Positions 15,541 to 23,688 of a stretch of 24,000 nucleotides of DNA are shown in pieces. The translations under genes were made by a program, and so were the position numbers. This DNA comes from Vibrio phage phiKT1028: the sequence record OP123707.1. The stretch is one strand, 5' to 3'. The notes below the pieces were generated by a model. The model ran no database searches and had not been told where the DNA came from. It worked only from the letters and a program-made list of their open reading frames with translations. The first letter of the stretch is position 1. Every line of letters begins with the position of its first letter.

Positions 15541-16186
15541 CCCGACGGTACAGTTGGGTTCGTATTTGCGTTTCCGGTTATCGAACTTTGAAAGCAATAA
15601 ACGTACCACGGTAAATGCGGGGTTGGCGTTACATGGTCAGGGTCGTCCAAAAGCGTGTTCCATACTGCGTTACCCAATCAATGGACAATACGTTTGTTTC
15701 TTGGATACTTCTGGGTTGCCTATCGGGAATCATAAGTTAACCCTATGGCCAAGCACCGGGTATTCTGAACACGTCAATGTTCACTTCGATGTACTGATCC
15801 AAACTCCGATGAGCCATGAACTCGGGGCCCAACTAAAACGACTTTACTGGTATTTAGAACAATGGTTAGAACGGGTGGAGGAACTGGATACCACGATAGT
15901 GTTGTCCAGACTCAAGATCACTCCTAATCCGGTAACTAAAATGTTGGTGTGCAGTCTCCCGAACTCTCAGTATTACGTGGAACTTTATCCATCCGAATTC
16001 CTTACTCAGTTTGAAGCGTTGTTGCGTTTACTGGGTTCGCGATTCGATACGTTTGAGAAAGGATTCACCGATACCGATTTTGTAGAGTTACGTGCTCACT
16101 TACCGGGGTTAGGGACGTTGAACATTCCTAAAAATTTGAATGGGAATCGACTCGTTTCTATCTTCAATCGTTTTAACTTGGCTTAG
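15521..16186 (+). CDS. Hypothetical protein, probable Ig-like N-terminus
   Basis: ATG 15521 with ggag upstream. Confidence 0.8.
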   Translation: MDIKLANPTVQLGSYLRFRLSNFESNKRTTVNAGLALHGQGRPKACSILRYPINGQYVCFLDTSGLPIGNHKLTLWPSTGYSEHVNVHFDVLIQTPMSHELGAQLKRLYWYLEQWLERVEELDTTIVLSRLKITPNPVTKMLVCSLPNSQYYVELYPSEFLTQFEALLRLLGSRFDTFEKGFTDTDFVELRAHLPGLGTLNIPKNLNGNRLVSIFNRFNLA

Positions 16187-16195
16187 GGGTGCAAA

Positions 16196-16819
16196 GTGTT
16201 AATCAAGAAAATCGGAAGCATCGTGGATCTTCCATGCAACATCAAGGACTATCGTAAAGGGTCTATCCTTCAAACGGAAGGTGGAGAGTTGGTCATTCAA
16301 GTCGCGATGGATAATCGTCCTGTTTACTTCCATTTCCCTACATCTGTGTGTGGTGACCCTGAGTTGTCTTTACTCTACATTCGCGGTGTCGCTAACCATT
16401 GTCCTGAAGCGGAAGTTTATGGTGACTTTTCTCCAGAGGTGGTGAGTTTTCTAAGAGACCACGATCTTTACGTGAACATCATTCCTCCAGCGGTCTTCCA
16501 TGTGATCAAACAGTTTAAGTTGGTCCACACTGATGACTTGGAATGGTTGAACATGGACTGTGGGTCGAAGGTGGGTTTCGTTAACCGTATCGATGGACAT
16601 ATCGTGGTGTCTTACGATGAAATGCGAGATTTTCCAGTCACTATCGTTGGGACAGGGGTGCTGTCGGACTACGTAAGTTTGATCAATGCGTTAACCAATC
16701 TCAAAGTCTACACCAAGAGCTCCACGGTGTATGGGGTGTTCCCATTAGGACTCCTTCGTCAATTAAAAGAAAAAGGTATTCCTTTTGAAACGTTAGAGGA
16801 AAGCTCTGATGAATACTGA
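16196..16819 (+). CDS. Hypothetical protein containing two apparent copies of an alpha/beta unit
   Basis: GTG 16196 with aggggtg upstream. The internal similarity is described in findings. Confidence 0.75.
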   Translation: MLIKKIGSIVDLPCNIKDYRKGSILQTEGGELVIQVAMDNRPVYFHFPTSVCGDPELSLLYIRGVANHCPEAEVYGDFSPEVVSFLRDHDLYVNIIPPAVFHVIKQFKLVHTDDLEWLNMDCGSKVGFVNRIDGHIVVSYDEMRDFPVTIVGTGVLSDYVSLINALTNLKVYTKSSTVYGVFPLGLLRQLKEKGIPFETLEESSDEY

Positions 16820-17153
16820 AGCTCCTGTTCGTTGGAAGGGGGTGGAGTTCTGGACGTATGACCCCGAGCGTGAAGACGATCGCAGAGAGATCCGTGGTTT
16901 GGACATCGATAACTTCATCTATTGCGGGATGGGAGAAGACACACACGAAGAACGAGTCTATCTTTATCTGGCGGATGAAGAACGTCGTATCCCGGTAGTG
17001 ATTTGGGAATACATGGGACGAGCATCTTTAGAACGATACCTAGGATGTTTGGCTCAGGTCGATCGAGAGCGTATCGTGGTGTTTGTTCCGAACCTCATTG
17101 CTTTTACTGTGATGTTAGATGACATGAACATTCCGTACCAGCCTTGTGCATAA
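16809..17153 (+). CDS. Hypothetical protein containing a third apparent copy of the same unit
   Basis: ATG 16809 overlaps the preceding stop; ends just before the terminator. Confidence 0.75.
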   Translation: MNTEAPVRWKGVEFWTYDPEREDDRREIRGLDIDNFIYCGMGEDTHEERVYLYLADEERRIPVVIWEYMGRASLERYLGCLAQVDRERIVVFVPNLIAFTVMLDDMNIPYQPCA

Positions 17154-17166
17154 TGCAGACATAATC

Positions 17167-17218
17167 CTACCCTCCCTGCCTTTCGGTGGGGAGGGTAGTT
17201 ATGCTGTTTATTTTTTTT
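17167..17218. terminator. Terminator between convergent genes
   Basis: 14-bp stem CTACCCTCCCTGCC(tttc)GGTGGGGAGGGTAG with two wobbles; downstream gtttatttttttt on +. Confidence 0.85.
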
Positions 17219-17849
17219 ATTGCTGACCACGAATTTGTTCTTCGAGTAATGCAATATATTTCCGGTCTTCGATCTGTTCTTTTTCTAACTGTTTGATGCG
17301 GATAGCGTCAGAAGCAGACTTAGTCACTTGGGACTTACGTTTGTTTTCAAAGACTTCGGCTTGTTCACGGGAGACGTAGGATTTGGTTGGAACGGTCCCA
17401 ACAAACACTTCTGGGTCGTCAACACCCGTGATGGCTTTGGTTTGGTCTTTAAGGAACACGCGGTAAGTGTTCAGCTGATCTTTCAACGACGGTGGTACCG
17501 CACCCAAGTCTACGATGAAACAGAGACGCTCATAAAGCACCCCATCGATCAAAGGGAATGACTTGAAGTAAGTAGAAGGAATGTGTAACGTCGGGAGACC
17601 ATCGGCTACTAACGTCACCACCACACCTTTGGATGACTCTAAGTCGTTCATTAAACTGGCGGATTCGGCAGACGTGAGTCCGACTGGGTTACCCACTAAC
17701 AGATGCGTGTTAACTTTAGCGATGTTCAGTTCATCGACGGTACGGAGGGCCTCTACCGTGTACATCAGGTTGGGATCACAAACCTGATCAAACGGCTCCA
17801 ATGCCTCAAATGAACCACTCGCTCCTATTTCAGGAATGATGTTATTCAT
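17217..17849 (-). CDS. Hypothetical protein with C-terminal coiled coil (210 aa)
   Basis: ORF; the C-terminus RIKQLEKEQIEDRKYIALLEEQI is heptad-like. Start overlaps the stop of the upstream gene. Confidence 0.8.
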   Translation of the reverse strand: MNNIIPEIGASGSFEALEPFDQVCDPNLMYTVEALRTVDELNIAKVNTHLLVGNPVGLTSAESASLMNDLESSKGVVVTLVADGLPTLHIPSTYFKSFPLIDGVLYERLCFIVDLGAVPPSLKDQLNTYRVFLKDQTKAITGVDDPEVFVGTVPTKSYVSREQAEVFENKRKSQVTKSASDAIRIKQLEKEQIEDRKYIALLEEQIRGQQ

Positions 17850-19173
17850 TAATTACCCCGTCTTGAACCATCTGCCAGTACGTTGGGCACAAGTAGTTGA
17901 CTTTACCGATACGTTTCGTAACATAAAGAATGCCATTACGTTCCAAACGTTTTACCCCCGCCGGTGGAATACCATCTGGTTTCACGATTTCACCTGCCGC
18001 CAACAACCCTTCCATCTGACGAATGAAGTAGAACGTATCCAGTTCCAAACGACCATTGTCGTAATCGTCCGCGCTCAAGATTTGGTAATCTGGGTAGATC
18101 TCACGAATCTTGATCTTACCACCGTAGTTTTTCGTCTTCGCAACAAAGGCCACTAGGGTGTTATTGTACATGAACGGAACGGTCTGCAAAGATTTTATGA
18201 GATCTTGGCTATTAATGGTCGGACAGTACTTGGTAGGGAGTTCTAGCATTTGTTCAAAATCTCCGATAGGAGAAAAAGAACTGGCTGCTTTGGTTTCATT
18301 GATCATCCCCACCGTGTTCCAATAAGGGACACAAGTAAACTCGAGAGGGTTGAACAAGTCAGGCAAATGAGGTTCCCAGGTCGTCTCGTCGAAATTCGAG
18401 TTCTTCAGAATTTCTTCTTTGATGGTTTCGTACAATTGCTCATCAACGTCAGAGGCATTGCCGTAAATGATTGCGGTGAAATAGATCGGTACCGTTTGAC
18501 CATTCGTTGTGTCAATGAATTCGAATTTCACTGGTTTACGCGCAGTGTACGGGTACTTCTGGTCACCGGTTAAATCATTAATGCGCTCTTGAATGATGTC
18601 GGGTGTTTCTTTCATCAAACGCTCTTGGATTTCCAAGTGGTTGTGATTGATGAGGTAGTCCATGTCTTCAGGAGGGAGAGGTAACGCCACTAGGATTTCA
18701 CGGAACGGATATTCAGCAGTGAAGTAACCCGTTGCATACCAAATACGGGCTGTGACGACGTCTTCTTCGGTGGTGAATTTCATTTCTACGAACGAAGGTA
18801 AGTAGATCGCTCCGTTGGTTACCATTTCACCAACGCTAACAATTTCTATATCTAACGTGAACGTAGCGCGGAGCTGCTGCAAACACGAGCTGGCATCGGC
18901 GGTGAGGTTTCCTCGTTTGCCTTGATCGAGCAACCAAACACTGATTTCGTTTTGGCGATCAATCATGGCTTGATCAATGAACACTTCCACTTCTTCGGAA
19001 TCGCGGGAGTAGAAGTTGATTAAGATCGTTGTTCCATCTTTACTAGGGTAATGGTTAGGATCTTTACTAAAGGTGAGTTCCGACCCCGTTGGTTCGCCAA
19101 TGGGAGACGTTACCAAAGGGTGTCGATCGTGTAGTTCCGGAATGCTTCCGAACGATAAGAAGTTAACAAGCAT
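17842..19173 (-). CDS. Hypothetical, possibly structural protein (443 aa)
   Basis: The track ORF starts at 19260, but ATG at 19173 (MLVNFLSFGSIPEL...) has gggaaa upstream and avoids overlap with the divergent gene. Confidence 0.8.
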   Translation of the reverse strand: MLVNFLSFGSIPELHDRHPLVTSPIGEPTGSELTFSKDPNHYPSKDGTTILINFYSRDSEEVEVFIDQAMIDRQNEISVWLLDQGKRGNLTADASSCLQQLRATFTLDIEIVSVGEMVTNGAIYLPSFVEMKFTTEEDVVTARIWYATGYFTAEYPFREILVALPLPPEDMDYLINHNHLEIQERLMKETPDIIQERINDLTGDQKYPYTARKPVKFEFIDTTNGQTVPIYFTAIIYGNASDVDEQLYETIKEEILKNSNFDETTWEPHLPDLFNPLEFTCVPYWNTVGMINETKAASSFSPIGDFEQMLELPTKYCPTINSQDLIKSLQTVPFMYNNTLVAFVAKTKNYGGKIKIREIYPDYQILSADDYDNGRLELDTFYFIRQMEGLLAAGEIVKPDGIPPAGVKRLERNGILYVTKRIGKVNYLCPTYWQMVQDGVINE

Positions 19174-19213
19174 AATAGTTTCCCACTTATAAAAACAATA
19201 AGGTGTGTTAGCG

Positions 19214-19636
19214 ATGTTTATAGTTCTAAGAGAACTGGCGGACCGTTTCATAGAATCCACGGTCCCTAAGGTTCAAGGAGAGACATACGAAGAGAAGATT
19301 CGGGTAGTTTTAAGGTGGACTATCTTTTACGCAACCATCATGACGTGGTTAGTCGTGGGCCTAGGCGTGCAGTACACTCATGCCATGTTGGGGAAGCAAG
19401 AATGGGAGGAGACCAGTGCGGTCATCCAACAAATTTTTGCAGTAGAAGATAACCCTTTAAAGTCATTCGTGACGATTAACCGGAGCCTAACGGCCCGCTT
19501 AGAAACCATTCAGGATGAGCACATAGCTACGTTAAAAGAGCGTGCCATTTTAATCAGAGATATCGAAAGGTTGTCCCAAGATAACTTAGAGCTGAAACGG
19601 TTCATAGAGACCGGTCAATGCACAAAGAAGGATTGA
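19214..19636 (+). CDS. Small membrane protein with coiled-coil-like C-terminus
   Basis: ATG 19214 (track GTG 19205). The hydrophobic stretch WTIFYATIMTWLVVGLGV is followed by a charged helical tail. Confidence 0.7.
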   Translation: MFIVLRELADRFIESTVPKVQGETYEEKIRVVLRWTIFYATIMTWLVVGLGVQYTHAMLGKQEWEETSAVIQQIFAVEDNPLKSFVTINRSLTARLETIQDEHIATLKERAILIRDIERLSQDNLELKRFIETGQCTKKD

Positions 19637-19654
19637 TCGATTTACCGATTACTC

Positions 19655-19691
19655 GAGGTGTTCTCCTTTAGGGAGGGCACCTCAGTATTTT
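19655..19691 (+). terminator. Rho-independent terminator
   Basis: GAGGTGTTCTCC(tttag)GGAGGGCACCTC, a 12-bp stem with two wobbles, followed by agtattttgtt. Confidence 0.75.
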
Positions 19692-19741
19692 GTTACCTAT
19701 CAGTCAATATATTGGTCATCAAAATAACTAGTGGTAAAACA

Positions 19742-21274
19742 ATGGCGACACTAAAAAGAAACATGGTAGTTTACATTGGCATGGGAACTACCACCTTCGC
19801 TGCTAAACGTAATAAGCCTGAGCATAAAGAGTTTTACACCGCACTGCATGCTTATACTTATGACCCGACAGTAGAAGGAAAGAAACAGTTAAAGAAAAAC
19901 GTCCCGGCGACAATGGGTTATTGGACATCCACCACGACCACAGCAGGCACCGTCGTTAACCAACAAGATATCCTCAGCGGGTATTCTTCCAGTTGTGCTA
20001 CGGAGTGGGAAGCGTGGATTTCTCTATTAGAACAGTTGCGCATTTACATCGAGTCTGTAAAGAAAGAAACTGTGATTGAGAAAAAAGAAGAAGTGGAGTA
20101 CGACGTAGAATGGACTCGCATCCTCTTTATTCCTAATGACCCGTGGTTCTACCGTATCATGGAAATGACGGCGGCACGCAACAACAAATGCCCTGATGGT
20201 ATTTGGGACCGCATCAAAGCATTGCAAGAGTTCTTTAAGGATTACTTACCGACCTCGAATAGTGTGGATGTGAAAGTCTCGTTAGCGAAAGGTGGGTTAG
20301 GTGCTAAACGCTTAGCGGAAGAGATGGGCTTAAGTGACGTCATGACTTTATGGGGCGACAAACCAGAGTGTTATCTGACCGCACAACCGTTAAAGCAATA
20401 CGAAAACCCAGAAACCGGTTTACCTAAGATCATCAGTGGTAACCGTTGGTACTTCCGTACAGGAATGGGTACTGATTACTGGGAAGAAATCGAAGGCCAC
20501 CGTCGTTACCAATTCGGTAAGGTGGAGAAAGGGAAACACTACTACGGGAAACTGACACCGGACGTGACCTACTCAGCTCTGTTTGTCAAAGAACCGATTT
20601 CCTACTTCGACCGTTTGTTCCGCTTTACGGAAGAACGCACAGAGAACCCACGTGAGCTGTTGTGTACCGGAAATATGCAGTACGTAACCAGTAAAGGTGT
20701 GGCGCGTTTGATTGACACGTACCCAGGGGTTCGAAAAGGGAAAGACTTGGTGGTGCCATTCGTGGTAGGTACTAAAGAAGACCCTACGTTGATTGAACTG
20801 ATTGATCCACCGGGGTTGTCGTTCATGATTGTGGAATCCATGGACCGTATTGACTTAACGTTCCAGTGTTGGACCAACCGTGATGAAAATAACCGTTACG
20901 GGGACAAACAAGAGTACGTGGACATCACTGACATGTTCTATGTAAAAGAAGAGAACAAGAAAGGTGACGTGAAGCTGAAATTGAATCCAGCGTTCAAGCC
21001 TAACGAGATGGTCATGCGTTATACGGCACATCACCCTAATGCGAAGTGTCCGGTTCCGATCATGTTGAGTGTGGGTTACGATGTACCAGAACGCAACTGT
21101 TTTAACTCGGTAACCGACCCAGACGTAAAAGTGTGGCTGAACTTAGACTTCACCAATGATCGTTGTTTGATCTATCGTACCATCATCGAGACCAAAGAGT
21201 GGACGTATGTGTTCACTTCGGCTTCGGCGAACGTGCGTGTGTTGAACAAGAAAGAATTGGGTGAAAGCAAATAA
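19742..21274 (+). CDS. Large hypothetical protein; possible divergent RNase H-like N-terminal domain
   Basis: ATG 19742 (MATLKRNMVVYIGMG...). The track start 19658 is inside a terminator. The fold suggestion rests on motif order only. Confidence 0.8.
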   Translation: MATLKRNMVVYIGMGTTTFAAKRNKPEHKEFYTALHAYTYDPTVEGKKQLKKNVPATMGYWTSTTTTAGTVVNQQDILSGYSSSCATEWEAWISLLEQLRIYIESVKKETVIEKKEEVEYDVEWTRILFIPNDPWFYRIMEMTAARNNKCPDGIWDRIKALQEFFKDYLPTSNSVDVKVSLAKGGLGAKRLAEEMGLSDVMTLWGDKPECYLTAQPLKQYENPETGLPKIISGNRWYFRTGMGTDYWEEIEGHRRYQFGKVEKGKHYYGKLTPDVTYSALFVKEPISYFDRLFRFTEERTENPRELLCTGNMQYVTSKGVARLIDTYPGVRKGKDLVVPFVVGTKEDPTLIELIDPPGLSFMIVESMDRIDLTFQCWTNRDENNRYGDKQEYVDITDMFYVKEENKKGDVKLKLNPAFKPNEMVMRYTAHHPNAKCPVPIMLSVGYDVPERNCFNSVTDPDVKVWLNLDFTNDRCLIYRTIIETKEWTYVFTSASANVRVLNKKELGESK

Positions 21275-21278
21275 GACG

Positions 21279-21328
21279 GAGGTAGGGGATCCCCTACCTC
21301 ATCTTTTTCGTTTCGTTATTTTTTTGCT
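21279..21328. terminator. Terminator between convergent genes
   Basis: Perfect 22-nt palindrome GAGGTAGGGGATCCCCTACCTC followed by atctttttcgtttcgttattttttt. Confidence 0.9.
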
Positions 21329-22133
21329 AGTCGGCTAGGACATTGCATTGGTCTTGTAGGACCGAAGACGTTTCATTCAACAGACCAACTAACGCGCCAG
21401 TCAGGTTCATGTAACGTTCAAAATCATCAAAGACGCGCTTAATGATCTCCACGTCAGATTCATTCAACACAATGTCGTTAGAGATGATGCGCTGCAACAC
21501 GAGTTCACCAAGTTCTGCATTCAACTTTAATTGACGGGCGATGATTTCAGCATCACGAGCTTTGATCATGCTCACGTTGACGTTGAAGTCATTAATGGTC
21601 TTAAACATCACGTTAAACGACGGGTACAGTGTTTTAAGCGGTTGAGTGAGGTCTTTCTTGTTGTTACCTAAAGATTGAATGAACGACTCCACACGATCGA
21701 TCTGAGCGCTTGTTGAGCTAATGGTATAACGGAACGTACCAGAGACTTTACCCTTAGCGGCAATCTCTTTCATCCAGTCGTAAAAACGACCCGAATCGGT
21801 TTTAAACGCATCCACCAAAGAAACCGCACCATAACACGATTTAATGTAGTCTTCCCATTTCATTTTTCGTGGGTCGAAATGAACAGGTACTGCTAACTGC
21901 TTTTTAGCCATATCGATGTAAGAAAGCGAAGCAGAACGACGTTGAGCAGCGTCGTATTTAACAACGTGCACTGAACTAGACATTGAAGCGATCTTCTTAT
22001 CCAGTTCCAGTGACAAATTGCTAAAGCGCATGCGGAAACCTTCAACTGGAGTGAGAAACTTAGGGATACCAAACGCCTCGTTTCCAGTCACGTCTGATGG
22101 TTGTAGCAATAAATTCAAGTAATAATTTTCCAT
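21327..22133 (-). CDS. Hypothetical, mostly helical protein (268 aa)
   Basis: Single long ORF on this strand, ATG at 22133..22131. Confidence 0.85.
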   Translation of the reverse strand: MENYYLNLLLQPSDVTGNEAFGIPKFLTPVEGFRMRFSNLSLELDKKIASMSSSVHVVKYDAAQRRSASLSYIDMAKKQLAVPVHFDPRKMKWEDYIKSCYGAVSLVDAFKTDSGRFYDWMKEIAAKGKVSGTFRYTISSTSAQIDRVESFIQSLGNNKKDLTQPLKTLYPSFNVMFKTINDFNVNVSMIKARDAEIIARQLKLNAELGELVLQRIISNDIVLNESDVEIIKRVFDDFERYMNLTGALVGLLNETSSVLQDQCNVLAD

Positions 22134-22145
22134 GACTGTAATGCC

Positions 22146-22153
22146 TTAATATA
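22146..22153 (-). promoter_or_regulatory. Putative promoter element TATATTAA
   Basis: The minus strand reads aaCCTATATTAaggcattacagtcATG, sharing CCTATATTA with the two plus-strand copies. Confidence 0.4.
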
Positions 22154-22187
22154 GGTTAACTAACATAAAATTCATTTAGAGGTAAAT

Positions 22188-23624
22188 ATGTCAATTCCGA
22201 ATTTCGGCTTCTTGAACAAAATCGAGTCTTCAGAATCAATTCAGATTGGTTTGAACATCTCCCCGATTTACGACATCAACAACGGTCGTTTCTTTGTCGG
22301 TAAAGATGACCTCGCTTATTGTAACGGTGGTATGACGCCGAACAACGCTGTTACGGGTGGTTCAAACACCCAGAAAACAGGTATGCTTATCTTAGCATGT
22401 TTAAGCTTCCTAGAACGCATCCCACAGGGCGTTATCATCTATGGTGATACTGAGGCTACTCTGGACATTGGTCGTCTGTCAGAAGCCGTAGACAAACGTT
22501 TTGGTGAAAACGGTTACTTCGAACGAGAAATTCTAAACAAACGTTTCATCTACCTAAGTTCTGCGGATGGTTACGACGGTACTCAACTACACAACATCAT
22601 CAAAGACGCGTACACGGATTTCAAAGAAAATAAAAATGACCGTCAGCGTTACCTAGAAACCCCATTCTTTGATAAGAACAAAAAGTCGGTAGAGATTTAC
22701 ACTCCTATCGTGGTCATCACAGACTCCTTAGGTGAGCTTCGCTTTAACGAAGCATCGGTTAAGTTCCAAGAAGGTGATGTGGACGAAGGTGGTAAAAAGC
22801 GTACTCGTGATATGGAATTCGGTAACTTAAAACGTATCGTCTTCGAAGACGCTCACCACTTAGGTGGTATCGCTGGTCTGAAACTGTGGTGGGTCGGTCA
22901 AATTTCTGACATGATCAACATGGACGGCAAACCGCAAGAAAAACAATCGACGTTCATTCGTCAAGGCAAAAAGATTGCGAAGTGTCCTAAAGCCATTCTT
23001 CAGTTACCAGCCCAAGGTTACGAAATCATTCGTGGCTCTGCGCTGAAGTCCGAACAACAATGGATGTACCCGAACCCGCTTGGTCGTGACGTGGTGATCT
23101 CAGCGGATGCTCGTGAAAACCCAGACTTACTGCAATACTCTTACACCATGTTCCGTAACAAAGGTGGTCCGTCTGGTCTGAGTGGTACGTTCTTGGGCTC
23201 TCAGTCTGACGGTATCCAAGAAGGTCTGACAATGTATCATTCACTGAAGACCAACGGTTACTTTGCACTGGACGGTTCTAAAGTATCACACGAGTGTACA
23301 TTCCTACCGGGTGTTAAAGTGGGTCGTACTACCGTACGTAAAGTGATTGCGGACAACCCTAAGTTTTACCGCGCTCTAACTATCGCTTACCACATCATGA
23401 AAATGCAACGCGAGTGGTTGCGTCTACCAGAACAATACCGCATGACTCCAGAAGAAATCTACAAGGCGGTGAAGGACCGTGGTTTCGACTGGGACGAGTT
23501 GTTGGATTCTGTAGACTTCTGGCACTGTAATAAAGATATCGATAAACCGACCATCACGGCTTATCAAATCTTCCGCTTGGCAACAGGCGAATCAACAGCG
23601 ACAGGACGTCCTGCAAAAAAATAA
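22188..23624 (+). CDS. RecA/UvsX-like ATPase (putative recombinase)
   Basis: Walker A-like GGSNTQKTGM, then a beta strand and acidic residue (GVIIYGDTEATLDIGRL) and a later hydrophobic strand (TPIVVITDSLGEL). This resembles RecA-fold proteins, especially T4 UvsX, which lacks the canonical G before K. Confidence 0.65.
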   Translation: MSIPNFGFLNKIESSESIQIGLNISPIYDINNGRFFVGKDDLAYCNGGMTPNNAVTGGSNTQKTGMLILACLSFLERIPQGVIIYGDTEATLDIGRLSEAVDKRFGENGYFEREILNKRFIYLSSADGYDGTQLHNIIKDAYTDFKENKNDRQRYLETPFFDKNKKSVEIYTPIVVITDSLGELRFNEASVKFQEGDVDEGGKKRTRDMEFGNLKRIVFEDAHHLGGIAGLKLWWVGQISDMINMDGKPQEKQSTFIRQGKKIAKCPKAILQLPAQGYEIIRGSALKSEQQWMYPNPLGRDVVISADARENPDLLQYSYTMFRNKGGPSGLSGTFLGSQSDGIQEGLTMYHSLKTNGYFALDGSKVSHECTFLPGVKVGRTTVRKVIADNPKFYRALTIAYHIMKMQREWLRLPEQYRMTPEEIYKAVKDRGFDWDELLDSVDFWHCNKDIDKPTITAYQIFRLATGESTATGRPAKK

Positions 23625-23640
23625 ATGACAAATATTATGG

Positions 23641-23667
23641 GGGTGTCTACGGACACCCTTTATTTTA
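23641..23667 (+). terminator. Rho-independent terminator
   Basis: GGGTGTC(tacg)GACACCC with a UNCG-family tetraloop and tttatttt. Confidence 0.85.
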
Positions 23668-23688
23668 AGCTTTGGAGATAAAAATAAA

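Noticed and set aside
17328-18573. Plus-strand ORFs 17328..17561, 17581..17787, 17836..18156, 18250..18573
   Set aside because: Opposite the two minus-strand genes, with no independent coding evidence.
9867-23268. Other antisense ORFs (9867, 11401, 12340, 14081, 14306, 15142, 16701, 17054, 20027, 20602, 23026, and plus-strand 4616 and 5691)
   Set aside because: Embedded in or overlapping longer supported genes, typical shadow ORFs; 14081 and 17054 also run over terminators.
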